From Mycobacteriales bacterium (GTDB taxonomy: Bacteria; Actinomycetota; Actinomycetes; JAFAQI01), in assembly GCA_035545635.1 (NCBI GenBank), contig DASZXY010000011.1, forward strand, positions 133,805-197,804: a DNA stretch of 64,000 nt, in the 5' to 3' direction. The number at the start of each line of letters is the position of its first letter. The first letter of the stretch is position 1. Shown one piece after another: positions 51,895-62,400 of this stretch. Below the pieces are notes generated by a model. It was not told the DNA's origin. It worked only from the letters and a program-made list of their open reading frames with translations, and searched no databases. The translations under genes were made by a program, and so were the position numbers.

Positions 51895-53037
51895 GTGAAG
51901 ACCGTCGACGCCGATCAGCACCTCTTCGAGACGCGCACGATGTGGCGCGATCACATCGACCCGGCACTGCGCGACAAGGCCCTCGCGATCGAGGACGACG
52001 ACCTCGGCTATGCCTGGCTGACCTGGAAGGGTGAGCGGCTCTACCTCGCCGAACCGCAGCAGCCACTGTGCGCCCGCGACATCGGCCGGCACCGGCTCCG
52101 CCAACAACGGGGCGAGCCGGCGGAGACGTCGTACGACGAGCAGGTCCCCGCGTCGTATACCGATGCAGCCGCACGTCTCGTCGCACTCGACGACTTCGGA
52201 CTGGACGCCGCTGTCCTGTTTCCGAACTTCGGGCTGATTTGGGAGGAGATGCTCACTGCCGATCGCGAGGCGCTGACCGGCAACCTCACCGCGTGCAACC
52301 GCTGGCAGGCCGAGAACGCGGCTGCGGGTGGCGGCCGGCTGTTTCCCGTCGCGCACCTCACGTTGTGCGATGTGGACTGGGCGGTCGCCGAGATCACGCG
52401 GCTCGGCCGCGACGGCGTGCGGCTTGCGATGGTTGCGCCGGCGCCCGTCAACGGCAAGCGGCTCTCGCATCCTGACCACCATGCGATCTGGGCCGCGTTC
52501 TGCGACGCCGGCGTCTCGCCGGTGTTCCACGTCGGCAACTTCAAAGGTGCGCTCGACCCGGCTTGGTACGAGAGTGACCCCGACCCCGCCGACCGCTTGC
52601 TCGACTCGGTGTTCCTCAACGTCGCGCCGGCGGTCGCGCTTGCCGACCTGATCCTCAACGGAACCCTCGAGCGCTACCCGGACCTGCGGATCGGTGTCGT
52701 CGAGCTCACCGCGGCGTGGGTGCCGTCATTCCTCGTCATGCTCGATGGCGCGTCCGAGTTCTACGCGCTGCGCCACGGCCGCACGCTCTATCCGTTGAAG
52801 CTGCGGCCGTCGGAGTACTTCGTGCGCCAGGTACGCGTAGGGGCGCTCGCCTACGAAGGGCCGGCGGACCTGGTCCGGATGGTCGGCGACGACACCTTCA
52901 TGTTCGGCAGCGACTGGCCGCACGCCGAAGGCATCGCCAAGCCGTACGACGACTACGCCGTCGCCGTCAGCAGCCTCAGCGACGCCGCTCGCTCGAAGGT
53001 CATGGCCGAGAACGTCAGCTGGCTGCTGCGGATGTGA
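51895..53037 (+). CDS. Amidohydrolase-2 family protein
   Basis: MKTVDADQHLFE..., VFHVGN, FGSDWPHAEG. Confidence 0.8.
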   Translation: MKTVDADQHLFETRTMWRDHIDPALRDKALAIEDDDLGYAWLTWKGERLYLAEPQQPLCARDIGRHRLRQQRGEPAETSYDEQVPASYTDAAARLVALDDFGLDAAVLFPNFGLIWEEMLTADREALTGNLTACNRWQAENAAAGGGRLFPVAHLTLCDVDWAVAEITRLGRDGVRLAMVAPAPVNGKRLSHPDHHAIWAAFCDAGVSPVFHVGNFKGALDPAWYESDPDPADRLLDSVFLNVAPAVALADLILNGTLERYPDLRIGVVELTAAWVPSFLVMLDGASEFYALRHGRTLYPLKLRPSEYFVRQVRVGALAYEGPADLVRMVGDDTFMFGSDWPHAEGIAKPYDDYAVAVSSLSDAARSKVMAENVSWLLRM

Positions 53038-53095
53038 CGACTGTCACGACGAACCCGGCCGCCTAACCGAATCAGATTCGGTAGCGTCCCCCCTC

Positions 53096-54073
53096 GTGCG
53101 CGCCGTCGAGATCTTTCAGCTGACCGGACCGGAGACTGCGACCCGGATCGCCGACCTGCCGGAACCCGTCCAGAGCGACGGCGTCGTCCTGGTCGACGTC
53201 AAAGCCGCCGGGGTCTCCTTTCCGGAGGTGCTGCAGACCAGAGGTGAGTACCAGTACAAGCCGGAGCTGCCGTTCGTCCCAGGTAGCGAGGTGTGCGGCG
53301 TCGTGCGATCCGCGTCGGAAGGGTCCGGCTTCATGCCCGGCGACAAGGTGGTCGCGTTCTGCATGAGCGGCGCGTTCGCCGAGGTTGTCGCCGCGCCGGC
53401 CGTGATGACGTTCCCGTTGCCCGACGGCCTCGACTTCGCGCAGGGTGCTGCGCTGATCCTGAACTACCACACGGCGTACTTCGCGCTGGTCACTCGCGGT
53501 CGGCTGAAGGCCGGTGAGAGCGTGCTGATCCACGGCGCGGCTGGCGGTGTCGGCACGGCGACCATTCAGGTTGCGAAAGGCCTTGGTGCGCGCACGATCG
53601 CGGTCGTGTCGACCGACGACAAGGCTGCGGTCGCGAAGGATGCCGGAGCCGACGAGGTTGTTCGGTCCGACGGGTCATGGAAGGACGAGGTGCTCGCGCT
53701 CACCGGCGGGCAGGGCGTCGACATCGTCATCGACCCGGTCGGCGGCGACCGCTTCACCGACAGTCTTCGTTCGTTGAACCGCGCGGGCCGTTTGGTCGTC
53801 GTCGGCTTCACCGGCGGAACGATTCCCGAGGTGAAGGTCAACCGGCTGCTGCTGCGCAACACCGAGGTCGTCGGCGCCGGCTGGGGCGAGTACGTCATCT
53901 CCTCGGGCCTCACCTACGGCGCGGAGGTCGCGGTCGAGATCGCGAAGCTCGCCGCAGCCGGTCACATCAACCCGCCGGTCGGCGCCCGCTTCCCGCTGGA
54001 ACGCGCAAGCGAGGCCTTGGCAATGCTCGACAACCGCCAAGCGACCGGAAAGGTCGTCCTCGAAATCAGCTAG
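53096..54073 (+). CDS. NADPH:quinone oxidoreductase (zeta-crystallin-like MDR)
   Basis: GVSFPEVLQTRGEYQ, PFVPGSEVCG, and Rossmann motif HGAAGGVGTA. Confidence 0.85.
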   Translation: MRAVEIFQLTGPETATRIADLPEPVQSDGVVLVDVKAAGVSFPEVLQTRGEYQYKPELPFVPGSEVCGVVRSASEGSGFMPGDKVVAFCMSGAFAEVVAAPAVMTFPLPDGLDFAQGAALILNYHTAYFALVTRGRLKAGESVLIHGAAGGVGTATIQVAKGLGARTIAVVSTDDKAAVAKDAGADEVVRSDGSWKDEVLALTGGQGVDIVIDPVGGDRFTDSLRSLNRAGRLVVVGFTGGTIPEVKVNRLLLRNTEVVGAGWGEYVISSGLTYGAEVAVEIAKLAAAGHINPPVGARFPLERASEALAMLDNRQATGKVVLEIS

Positions 54074-54948
54074 AAGAGCTCGGAGAGGCGGGGCGGGTCT
54101 GCGCCCACTCGACCGCAACATTTGGCAGCGACGAAGGACGCGAACTCCAGCACGAGTTCCAGCTCTCGCTTGTTGAGCGCTGCCACCTTGTCGCGGGTCA
54201 TGCCGCCGAGCTCGGACAGCACCGTTGCCATGAACGCATCACCCGCGCCGACGGTGTCGACCACGTCGACCGTCGCGGCTTCACAGTGCTTCTCCGCCTT
54301 GTGTGTCCAGGCCGAGGCGCCTTGTGCGCCCTTCGTGATGACGACCAGCGCGGGCCCGACATCGAGCAACCTGCGCGCGACTGCTTCGAGTGCCTCTCCC
54401 GGATAGATCGCCGCCGCGTCGTCGGCACTGAGCTTCACGACATCCGCGCGTGCCGCGTTCGCCTCGACGACCGTGTGCGGGTCGATATCGGTGATCCCGT
54501 CGCGCCAGTTGGGGTCGTAGCTGATCAGCGCTTTGCTGCGGTACCGGTCGACGACCGCCGCCACCTCCGCGGCGCCGGGGGCGGCCGCCGAGCCGATCGA
54601 GCCGAAGTGCAACGCATCGAGATCAGGCCAGTCGTCGGAGAACTGCGGATCCCAGGTGAGCTCGAAGGAGTACGTCGCGCCCCCCGCTGTGTCGACCGTC
54701 GCAGCGGCGACCGCGGTCGGGCCGATTGATGCACCGCGCGTGACCACGACTCCTTCGCCGGTCAGCACCGAGAGCAACTCCTCGCCGCGCGCGTCATCGC
54801 CGATCGCCGTGAACAGCTCCGTCGCGATGTCGAGCCGTGCCAGGCCGATTGCGACGTTGAACGGGCTGCCTCCGGGTCGCTCGACGGTGAGGCCGGTCGC
54901 GTCGGTGACGACGTCGACGAGGGACTCGCCGATCACCCCGATCGTCAT
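54070..54948 (-). CDS. PfkB-family carbohydrate kinase (fructokinase-like)
   Basis: GGSPFNVA N-terminal motif and DTVGAGDAF C-terminal motif. Confidence 0.85.
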   Translation of the reverse strand: MTIGVIGESLVDVVTDATGLTVERPGGSPFNVAIGLARLDIATELFTAIGDDARGEELLSVLTGEGVVVTRGASIGPTAVAAATVDTAGGATYSFELTWDPQFSDDWPDLDALHFGSIGSAAAPGAAEVAAVVDRYRSKALISYDPNWRDGITDIDPHTVVEANAARADVVKLSADDAAAIYPGEALEAVARRLLDVGPALVVITKGAQGASAWTHKAEKHCEAATVDVVDTVGAGDAFMATVLSELGGMTRDKVAALNKRELELVLEFASFVAAKCCGRVGADPPRLSELF

Positions 54949-55955
54949 CAGGCGGTGACGATCTCGACTTTCCCTGACTCCCCGGATCGGAACGTGTCGA
55001 GTGCCGCGACGTAGTCAGTGAGCTCGAAGCGGTGCGTCACCAGACCGGCCGCGAACTCCGGCTTCGCGGCGAGCGCGGTCACTGCGCGATCGAAGGAGTT
55101 CATAACGGCCATGCTGCCGACGATAGTGATCTCCCGCCGATAGACGGCGTAGGGCTCGAGGTCGACGGTCGCACCGGGTGCCGCAACACCGAACAGCAGG
55201 ACCGTGCCGCCGGTCGCGACGCGGTTCAGCCCGTCCTTGATCGCGCCGGTCGAGCCCGTGCAGTCGACGACGGTGTCCCAATCCGGGCCGTCGAGCTCCT
55301 CCGCTGACGCAGCGGTGCGGAACCCGAAGCTTGCGGCGCGCTCGCGGCGGTCGGCGTTCGTCTCGACGACGCACACCCGGTTGTTGGTGAGTGCTTGTGC
55401 GGCGTTTGCCATCAGCAGCCCGACGGTGCCTGCGCCGTACACGAGCCAGCGACCGTCGCGCGGGCGGTCGCCGACGCGGTCGAGTCCGTGGATCACGCAC
55501 GACATCGGCTCGATGAGCGACGCGACCTCGAGCGGGAAGTCGGGCGGCAGCGGCGCGCAGACCGATGCCGGGGCCGCGACGTACTCCGCGCACGCGCCGG
55601 CCCGGGTGACGCCGATCGCCGCGTAGTTGTCGCAGAGGTTGGAGCGGCCGGCGAGACATGGCAGACAGGTCCCGCACGGGAGGTTCGGGTCGACCGCCAC
55701 CCAGGTTCCGACGCAGAGAGCGCCCACCTCCGGGCGGTCCTCGGGCAGGTTGACCTCGACGACCTTGCCGTAGAACTCATGCCCGGGCGTGAGCGGATAG
55801 GAGGTGTTGGGAAGCGACCCCTCGACCAGGTGCAGGTCGGTGCCGCAGATGCCGCAGCCGCCGACCGCGATGACGACCTCGCCGGGAGCGGGATACGGGT
55901 CGGGGATGTCGCGGACCACCACGGAGCCGGGCGCCTCGATCACAGCCGCGTGCAT
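54948..55955 (-). CDS. Zinc-dependent alcohol/polyol dehydrogenase (MDR family)
   Basis: GICGTDLH, GHEFYG, the structural-zinc Cys cluster CGTCLPCLAGRSNLC, and GAGTVGL. Start at ATG 55955. Confidence 0.85.
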   Translation of the reverse strand: MHAAVIEAPGSVVVRDIPDPYPAPGEVVIAVGGCGICGTDLHLVEGSLPNTSYPLTPGHEFYGKVVEVNLPEDRPEVGALCVGTWVAVDPNLPCGTCLPCLAGRSNLCDNYAAIGVTRAGACAEYVAAPASVCAPLPPDFPLEVASLIEPMSCVIHGLDRVGDRPRDGRWLVYGAGTVGLLMANAAQALTNNRVCVVETNADRRERAASFGFRTAASAEELDGPDWDTVVDCTGSTGAIKDGLNRVATGGTVLLFGVAAPGATVDLEPYAVYRREITIVGSMAVMNSFDRAVTALAAKPEFAAGLVTHRFELTDYVAALDTFRSGESGKVEIVTA

Positions 55956-56067
55956 AGTGCACTCATCCTCGCCCACGAAACGGCGCAGAGATACGTGGAT
56001 TGCCTACATCCCACTCCCGATCTAGCGTCGTGGACCTCCACACCCCAGTCGTCGAGGCAGGTAGCCC

Positions 56068-57969
56068 GTGGCGCGGACCAAGCAGGCCAGTACGGCGACG
56101 GTGGCCGTGCCCGGCGCCTGGCTCGATCTGCTGCTGTCCGGCGCCGACATCAACGCCCTCGAGGACACCCGCGCCGGGCTTCTGGGCGCGGCCGGCTCGG
56201 CCGAGGAACGGGCTGAGATCGAGCAGGCCGCTGGGATGGCGATCCGGCTGCACGCCCAGCTCCGGGAGCATCGCAAGCGGGCTGCCGAGCTCGGAGCTCT
56301 GCACGACCTGACGGTCCGGCTGTCGGGTGTCCGCAACGTCGACGCGCTGCTCGAGGACATCGTCACCGAGGCTCGGCGACTGCTCGACGCCGACGTCGCC
56401 TACCTCGCGATGCGCGAGCCCGACGACTCGCTGCACATCCGCGTCGCGGACGGGTCGCTGAGCCCGCATCTCCGCGGTGTGGTGATCCCACCCCACGCCG
56501 GCCTCGCCGGGCGAGTCGTCGACACCGGGTCACCGGTCAGCAGCACCGACTATCTCGCCGACGCTGACCTGCAGCACGTCGAGGACGTCGACAAGATCGC
56601 GCGGCTGGAGGAGCTGCGAACCATCGCGGGTGTCCCGATGCGTCTGCGCGCCGACATCATCGGAGTACTGATGATCGGCGAGCGCGACGTGCGACCGCCA
56701 ACGGCCAACGAGCTGTCGCTGTTGGGGTCCCTGGCGTCATTTGCCGCACTCGCGATCGAGTCGGCCCATCAGCTCGACGACCAGCGCAGGGCGCATGCCG
56801 CCCTTCGCGAGCAGGCTGAAGTCACATCGCGCGCCGCGACTCTGCACGAGCGGTTGATGGATGTCGCCGTTTCGGGTGGCGGCGTCGAGAAGATCATCGA
56901 AGCGTTGTCGGAAGTCGTCGACGGTGTCGTCGCGTTTGCGGACGAGGCCGACCGCGTCGTTGCGGCCGCGAAGGCCGGCGAGGCTGCCCAAGACGTTGCG
57001 ATTCAACCGGTCCGAGGCGCAGACCCGTCGGTCTCCTTCCGCTCCTTGGCGGATCGCCACACGGTCAGTGACGACGAGACGACGACAGTTCCGGTTGCTT
57101 CGGCCGACTCGTACTTCGGCGCGCTGCAGGTTGCCGCGACCGGCGGCCTCGATGACGTCACCCGCCGGATGCTCGAGCGATCCGCACTGACCATCGCGTT
57201 GGTGGTCGCGTCCGAACGCGCGGTGAATGATGCGGAGCGGCGCACGAGCTCTGAGGTTCTCGAGCAGCTGCTGACCCGTCGCATCGACGACCTGCCGGCA
57301 TTCACCCGGCGGGCGCGAGGTGTCGGTCTCGACCTGTCCTTAGGTCACGCCGTTGCGGTGGTCGATCCCGGAACGCGCGGCCCGCAGCTCCTCGCCGATC
57401 TCGAGCGTCACGTGCACACCCAGGGTGGCCTCGCCGCGCGGCTCGGCGGTCAGCTCGTCGCCGTCGTACCGGCGGCTGACCTCGAGGAAGCCCGCACTGC
57501 GCTGACAACCGCCGCGGCGAAGGCAACCGTCGGGGTCGCCGGACCAGGGACCGGACCGGCGGCGCTGAAGCAGGCCTACGACGATGCCGCCGCATGTGTC
57601 TCTGTCCTCATTGCGCTCGGCCGCGACGGCGAGTGCGCCGGACCCGACGATCTCGGCCCGTACCGATTCCTGCTGGCACGGTCAGGCCGTCATGACGTCG
57701 GGCGTTTCGTCGACCGCACGATCGGTGCGCTGATCCGTCACGACGAGGCGCGCGGCACCCACCTGGTCGAGACTGCCGACGTCTTCCTCGCAACCGGCCG
57801 CCAGCATGCGGCTGCGGCGACCGAGCTCTGCATCCACCCGAACACGCTCTACCAACGGTTGCAGCGGATCAGCCGGCTGTTGGAAGAGGGCTGGCGATCA
57901 GGCGACCGCGCGCTCGACGTCCAGCTTGCGCTGCGGCTGCATCGGCTGCTGGCCGACGCCGGTGACTGA
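56068..57969 (+). CDS. GAF-domain + PucR-type HTH transcriptional regulator
   Basis: GAF-like regions (VAYLAMREPD..., AGVPMRLRADIIGVLMIGE) and a C-terminal HTH ATELCIHPNTLYQRLQRISRLL. Confidence 0.8.
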   Translation: MARTKQASTATVAVPGAWLDLLLSGADINALEDTRAGLLGAAGSAEERAEIEQAAGMAIRLHAQLREHRKRAAELGALHDLTVRLSGVRNVDALLEDIVTEARRLLDADVAYLAMREPDDSLHIRVADGSLSPHLRGVVIPPHAGLAGRVVDTGSPVSSTDYLADADLQHVEDVDKIARLEELRTIAGVPMRLRADIIGVLMIGERDVRPPTANELSLLGSLASFAALAIESAHQLDDQRRAHAALREQAEVTSRAATLHERLMDVAVSGGGVEKIIEALSEVVDGVVAFADEADRVVAAAKAGEAAQDVAIQPVRGADPSVSFRSLADRHTVSDDETTTVPVASADSYFGALQVAATGGLDDVTRRMLERSALTIALVVASERAVNDAERRTSSEVLEQLLTRRIDDLPAFTRRARGVGLDLSLGHAVAVVDPGTRGPQLLADLERHVHTQGGLAARLGGQLVAVVPAADLEEARTALTTAAAKATVGVAGPGTGPAALKQAYDDAAACVSVLIALGRDGECAGPDDLGPYRFLLARSGRHDVGRFVDRTIGALIRHDEARGTHLVETADVFLATGRQHAAAATELCIHPNTLYQRLQRISRLLEEGWRSGDRALDVQLALRLHRLLADAGD

Positions 57970-59082
57970 CGTGCGGTTCGGAAGTGACAGGCGCACGACC
58001 TTCCACCATGCCGAGCCGACCTGGCGCGGCAACGATCCCGTCACGTACTTGAGGCCGTAGCGCTCGAAGACCTCGCGCACCTTCGGTGCGACCTCGGCGT
58101 ACCGGTTGCTCGGCAAGTCGGGGTAGAGGTGGTGCTCGATCTGGAAAGACAGATTGCCGGTCATCAGGTTGATGAGCTTGCCGCCACTGATGTTTCCGGC
58201 GCCGAGCATCTGACGCAGGTACCACTGGCCGCGCGTCTCGCCCTCGATCGATGCCCGTGTGAACGTCTCGATCCCGGTTGGGAAGTGGCCACACATGATC
58301 ACCGAGTGCGTCCACCAGTTGCGGACCAGGTTGGCGGTCGCGTTGGCACCGAGGGTGCTGAGGAACGACGGGCCCGACAGCAGCGGGTGCAGAACGTAGT
58401 CGCGTGCGGCCTGCTTCTTGATCTTTGCCAGGACCGTCTTCAGCTCCGCCTTGAAGACGGTCTTTTCCTTGCGCCCCTTGATGACCTTGCCGATCTCGAG
58501 GTCGTACGCCGCGATGCCGTACTCGAACAGGCACGCGTTGAGGAAGTTGTAGAGCGGCTGACCGAGGTAGAACTTCGACCAGCGCTGGTCCTCGTCGACG
58601 CGCATGATGCCGTAGCCGAGATCGTTGTCGCGGCCGAGGACGTTCGTGTACTTGTGGTGCACCTGGTTGTGCGAGTGCTTCCACATCGAGGACGGGGTGG
58701 CGTTGTCCCACTCCCACGTCGTCGAGTGAATCTTCGGGTCACGCATCCAGTCCCACTGGCCGTGCATGACGTTGTGCCCGATCTCCATGTTCTCGAGGAT
58801 CTTGGAGATCGACAGCCCGATCGTGCCCGCAAGCCAGGCCGGCGGGAACAGCGAGACGAGAAGCACCGCCCGACTCGCGAGCTCGATCTTGCGCTGCGCG
58901 TCGATGACCTTGCGGATGTACGCCGCGTCTGACTCACCACGAGTCGCGAGCACCTCGTCGCGGATCGCATCGAGCTCGCGACCGAGTGCCTCGATGTCCT
59001 CGGCACTCAGGTGTGCGGTCGGGTCGACTGCCTTGCGCTGAATCGCTGTCACGTCGACTCCTCTCAGATGTCTATGGAGCAA
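57898..59082 (-). CDS. Membrane acyl-CoA/fatty-acid desaturase (DesA3-like)
   Basis: His boxes HNVMHGQW, HNQVHHKYTN, QIEHHLYP. Its 3' end overlaps the convergent regulator gene by 72 nt. Confidence 0.9.
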   Translation of the reverse strand: MLHRHLRGVDVTAIQRKAVDPTAHLSAEDIEALGRELDAIRDEVLATRGESDAAYIRKVIDAQRKIELASRAVLLVSLFPPAWLAGTIGLSISKILENMEIGHNVMHGQWDWMRDPKIHSTTWEWDNATPSSMWKHSHNQVHHKYTNVLGRDNDLGYGIMRVDEDQRWSKFYLGQPLYNFLNACLFEYGIAAYDLEIGKVIKGRKEKTVFKAELKTVLAKIKKQAARDYVLHPLLSGPSFLSTLGANATANLVRNWWTHSVIMCGHFPTGIETFTRASIEGETRGQWYLRQMLGAGNISGGKLINLMTGNLSFQIEHHLYPDLPSNRYAEVAPKVREVFERYGLKYVTGSLPRQVGSAWWKVVRLSLPNRTSVTGVGQQPMQPQRKLDVERAVA

Positions 59083-60176
59083 GGCCCGGCAGCCGCCGAG
59101 ACGCAGGTCTGGATCAGGACGCCGTCGCCTTCACTGGCTTCGGTCAGGTCACCGGTGCGCAGGTCGCGGACGGCGCCTTCGCGCAACGGCCGCACACAGC
59201 CGAAGCAGATGCCCATCCGGCAGCCCGACGGCATGAGGACGCCGGCTGCTTCGCCGACATCGAGCAGGGGGCTCGAGCCGTCGGCGGCGACGGTGACGTC
59301 GCTCGACGTGAACGTCACAGTGCCGCCGTCGCCGATCGCGGCGATCGCAGGACGGAAGCGCTCGGTGTGCAACAGGTCGGTGCGTCCCGTCGCTTCCCAG
59401 TGCGATTCGAGCAGCTCGAGCAAGCCGGCCGGTCCGCAGACGAAGGTCTCGCGGTCTGCGATGTCGCCGACGAGCGCGACGATGTCGTCCGCCGTCAGCA
59501 GTCCGTCCAGGTCGCTGTGCCGTTCGATCAGTCGGAGTTGACCGGCGGCGGCGTAACCACGCAGCTCCTCGCCGAAGATCACGTCCTCGGGGGTCAGCGC
59601 GGAATGAAGGAGTACGACGTCATCCAGCGCGTCGATCGCATCGCCCGCCGGCGCCAGGAAGCTGCGCAACATCCCCATCACCGGTGTGATGCCGCTGCCG
59701 CCGGTGACAAAGAGGAGTCGCGCCGGCGGTTGTGCGGGGAGTGTGAAGTCGCCGGTCGCCTGGTCGAGCTGTACGACCAACCCCGGCTTCGCGCGACGGA
59801 CCAGGAAGTTGCTGACGATGCCATCCGGAATCGCCTTGACCGTCACCGTGATGCAGCCGTCTGCGCGGTCGGTCGGTGACGTCACCGAGTAGGCGCGCCA
59901 CCGGCGGATGCCGTCGATGTCGACGCCGATCCGCACGTACTGCCCGGGGACGTGCCCTCGCCAGGAGCGGCCGGGCTTGATCACAAGAGTGGCGGCGTCG
60001 GCGGTCTCCGGCTGGATCTCGAGGATGCGGCCGCGCAGGTCGGTCGGGGAGCGCAGCGGGTCGAACAGGTCGAGGTAGTCGCTCGCCACGAGCGGCGTGG
60101 TGACGAGCCCGCCGAGCCGGGCGAGCCGGCTGCGGAGGCTGCCCGGCGCTGTGGCAGGACGCTCGATGACGCTCAC
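59064..60176 (-). CDS. Ferredoxin-NAD(P) reductase-type oxidoreductase with a C-terminal 2Fe-2S domain (desaturase partner, Rv3230c-like)
   Basis: RAYSVTS FAD motif, FVTGGSGITP NAD motif, C-terminal CRMGICFGCV...C cluster. GTG 60176 chosen. Overlaps the desaturase start by 19 nt. Confidence 0.85.
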   Translation of the reverse strand: MSVIERPATAPGSLRSRLARLGGLVTTPLVASDYLDLFDPLRSPTDLRGRILEIQPETADAATLVIKPGRSWRGHVPGQYVRIGVDIDGIRRWRAYSVTSPTDRADGCITVTVKAIPDGIVSNFLVRRAKPGLVVQLDQATGDFTLPAQPPARLLFVTGGSGITPVMGMLRSFLAPAGDAIDALDDVVLLHSALTPEDVIFGEELRGYAAAGQLRLIERHSDLDGLLTADDIVALVGDIADRETFVCGPAGLLELLESHWEATGRTDLLHTERFRPAIAAIGDGGTVTFTSSDVTVAADGSSPLLDVGEAAGVLMPSGCRMGICFGCVRPLREGAVRDLRTGDLTEASEGDGVLIQTCVSAAAGPCSIDI

Positions 60177-60236
60177 ACACTCAGAATGGCTAGCCGAAGG
60201 GGATAAAGTCCTGACCGTGGTGGGTGAAGTCAGACG

Positions 60237-61424
60237 ATGGTTTTGTTCGTGAAGAACAAGCCAGTGTTCATTGTGGACGGCCCGACGGCCGTCGCGCTGC
60301 GTGGGCAGCTGCCGGCCGTCGCCGAGCTGGTCGTCAACGCGGTCATCGACGAGGTGCCGAGCTACACCGACGCCTGGAACGGCCCGATGGGCGCGACGAT
60401 CCAGGAAGCGGTGCGGCTGGCGCTGGCCGGCTTCGTGCATCTGATTGCCGGCGGCGAGAGAGACGCGGGCACTCCGCTGCAGCCGGCGGTCGACGGCGCC
60501 TACGCCCTTGGGCGGGGCGAGGCCCGATCCGGCCGGACGATGGAAGCGCTGCTCGCGGCTTACCGGGTCGGGGCGCGGGTTGCTTGGCGTGAGATGTCCG
60601 CCACCGCGGTGACGGCGAACCTGCCCGCCGACCAGCTGGCTCGCTTCGCCGAGCTGGTCTTCGCCTACATCGACGAGCTGTCAGCGGCGAGCGTCTCCGG
60701 GCACTCCGACGAGCTGGCAACGACCGGGCGGGTCCGCCTCCGCTATCTCGAGCGACTCGCCCACGACCTGCTCGACGGCGCCGCCGAGGAGACACTCGTC
60801 GCCGACGCCGAGCGGGCCGACTGGGCTCCGCCGGAAACGCTTGTCGCAGTCGTGCTGCCCTCGAGCCAGGTGCGCGCCGCGCTGTCCGGCCTTGACCCTC
60901 GCACCCTCGAGGTTGCCGAGGAGGCGAACGCCGCGGACGGGGCCGATGGCTGGTCCGTCCTGCTCGTCCCCTCGGCGGGTGAGGCATCGCGGCAGTTCGT
61001 GATCCGGCATCTTGCCGGCCGCGATGCCGTCGTTGGACCGGAGCGGCCGTGGACGCGCGTCTCGGTGTCGCACCGAAGGGCGCAGCGGGTCAGGGCCCTG
61101 GTGGCGGCTGGCGGTGCGGCCGTCGACAGCGAGGCCCATCTCGCCCGGTTGGTTTGCACCGCCGATCCCGACGCGCTCGCCGATCTCCGCGTGCATGCGC
61201 TTGCGCCGCTGGCGGATCTGCGACCGGCGACAGCGGAGCGACTCGTCGAGACGTTGCGGTCGTGGCTGTTGCACCAGGGACGCCGGGACGACGTCGCCGC
61301 CGACCTGGTGGTGCACCCGCAGACGGTCCGATACCGGATGACGCAGCTGCGGCAGCTCTACGGCGAGGCGCTGAACGACCCCCAGACGATCGGCGAGCTC
61401 ATGATCGCCCTCGCCACAGGTTGA
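60237..61424 (+). CDS. PucR-family transcriptional regulator
   Basis: C-terminal HTH AADLVVHPQTVRYRMTQLRQLYG. Divergent from the reductase-desaturase operon. Confidence 0.75.
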   Translation: MVLFVKNKPVFIVDGPTAVALRGQLPAVAELVVNAVIDEVPSYTDAWNGPMGATIQEAVRLALAGFVHLIAGGERDAGTPLQPAVDGAYALGRGEARSGRTMEALLAAYRVGARVAWREMSATAVTANLPADQLARFAELVFAYIDELSAASVSGHSDELATTGRVRLRYLERLAHDLLDGAAEETLVADAERADWAPPETLVAVVLPSSQVRAALSGLDPRTLEVAEEANAADGADGWSVLLVPSAGEASRQFVIRHLAGRDAVVGPERPWTRVSVSHRRAQRVRALVAAGGAAVDSEAHLARLVCTADPDALADLRVHALAPLADLRPATAERLVETLRSWLLHQGRRDDVAADLVVHPQTVRYRMTQLRQLYGEALNDPQTIGELMIALATG

Positions 61425-61515
61425 TGGGTGATGGGTGATGACCCCACCAGTTGGCGAAAGTCGTGTGGGGGTTCTCCCTATCCGTATGCCCTGAGCCGCA
61501 CCTACCGTCCCCAAG

Positions 61516-62400
61516 GTGAGCGTTGGCATAGCGGGCAAAGCCCGGACCAAGACGGTCGGCAGCCGGACTGTCGCCTGGACGACGTACGGCGACCCGAACG
61601 GCAAGCCGGTCGTCTACTTCCACGGTGCCGGCGGCTCGCGGCTAGAGGCGGGGTTCTTCCACGCCGACGCCGAAGCCGCCGGGCTGCGAGTCATCTCACT
61701 CGACCGCCCGGGCAGCGGGCAGACCGACCCGATCGTCAAGCGCACGCTGCTGCAGAGCGTCGCCGACCTCGGCCCGGTCCTCGACGAGGAAGCTGTCGAC
61801 CGGGCACCGGTCGCGGGCCTGTCCGCCGGCGGCATGTACGTCTGGGCGTCGGCAGAGGCCTATCCGGACCGCATCACGGCCGCCATTCCGGTCTGCCCCG
61901 CCATCAACGTCCAACCGTGGCCCGATGTCCAGGCCGCAATGGATCCGCGGATGAGGCTGATGTCGCGGCTCGCTCGCCGCGCTCCCGGGCTGCTTGCCGC
62001 GATCCAGCGCAAGCAGCAGAAGGGCTTCGAGCGACCCGACGGCCACGCGCGCTATGTGAAGGCGATGCGAAAGATCTCGCCCGCCGACGCCGTGGTGCTC
62101 GAGGATGAGGCGACCTACCTGCAGGTCCGCAGTACGTCGGATGAGGGCCGTCGCCAAGGGAACATGGGCGGCGAGGAGTTCGCGCTGCTCGTCAGCAAGT
62201 GGGGATTCGACCCGTCGCAGCAGTCGACGCCGTGCACCGTCATCTACGGGGATGTCGACCCGATCTCGCCGATGATCCGCGCGTGGCTCGCGCACGCTCC
62301 GAACGTGAAGGCCGTCGAGGTTCCCGGCGGCCATCTTCAGACCTGCTACGCCACTGGCCGCGCGGCTCTGCTCGACGCGTACGCCGCAGGACTCGCATGA
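61516..62400 (+). CDS. Alpha/beta hydrolase
   Basis: VVYFHGAGGSR and elbow VAGLSAGGM. 294 aa. Confidence 0.75.
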   Translation: MSVGIAGKARTKTVGSRTVAWTTYGDPNGKPVVYFHGAGGSRLEAGFFHADAEAAGLRVISLDRPGSGQTDPIVKRTLLQSVADLGPVLDEEAVDRAPVAGLSAGGMYVWASAEAYPDRITAAIPVCPAINVQPWPDVQAAMDPRMRLMSRLARRAPGLLAAIQRKQQKGFERPDGHARYVKAMRKISPADAVVLEDEATYLQVRSTSDEGRRQGNMGGEEFALLVSKWGFDPSQQSTPCTVIYGDVDPISPMIRAWLAHAPNVKAVEVPGGHLQTCYATGRAALLDAYAAGLA

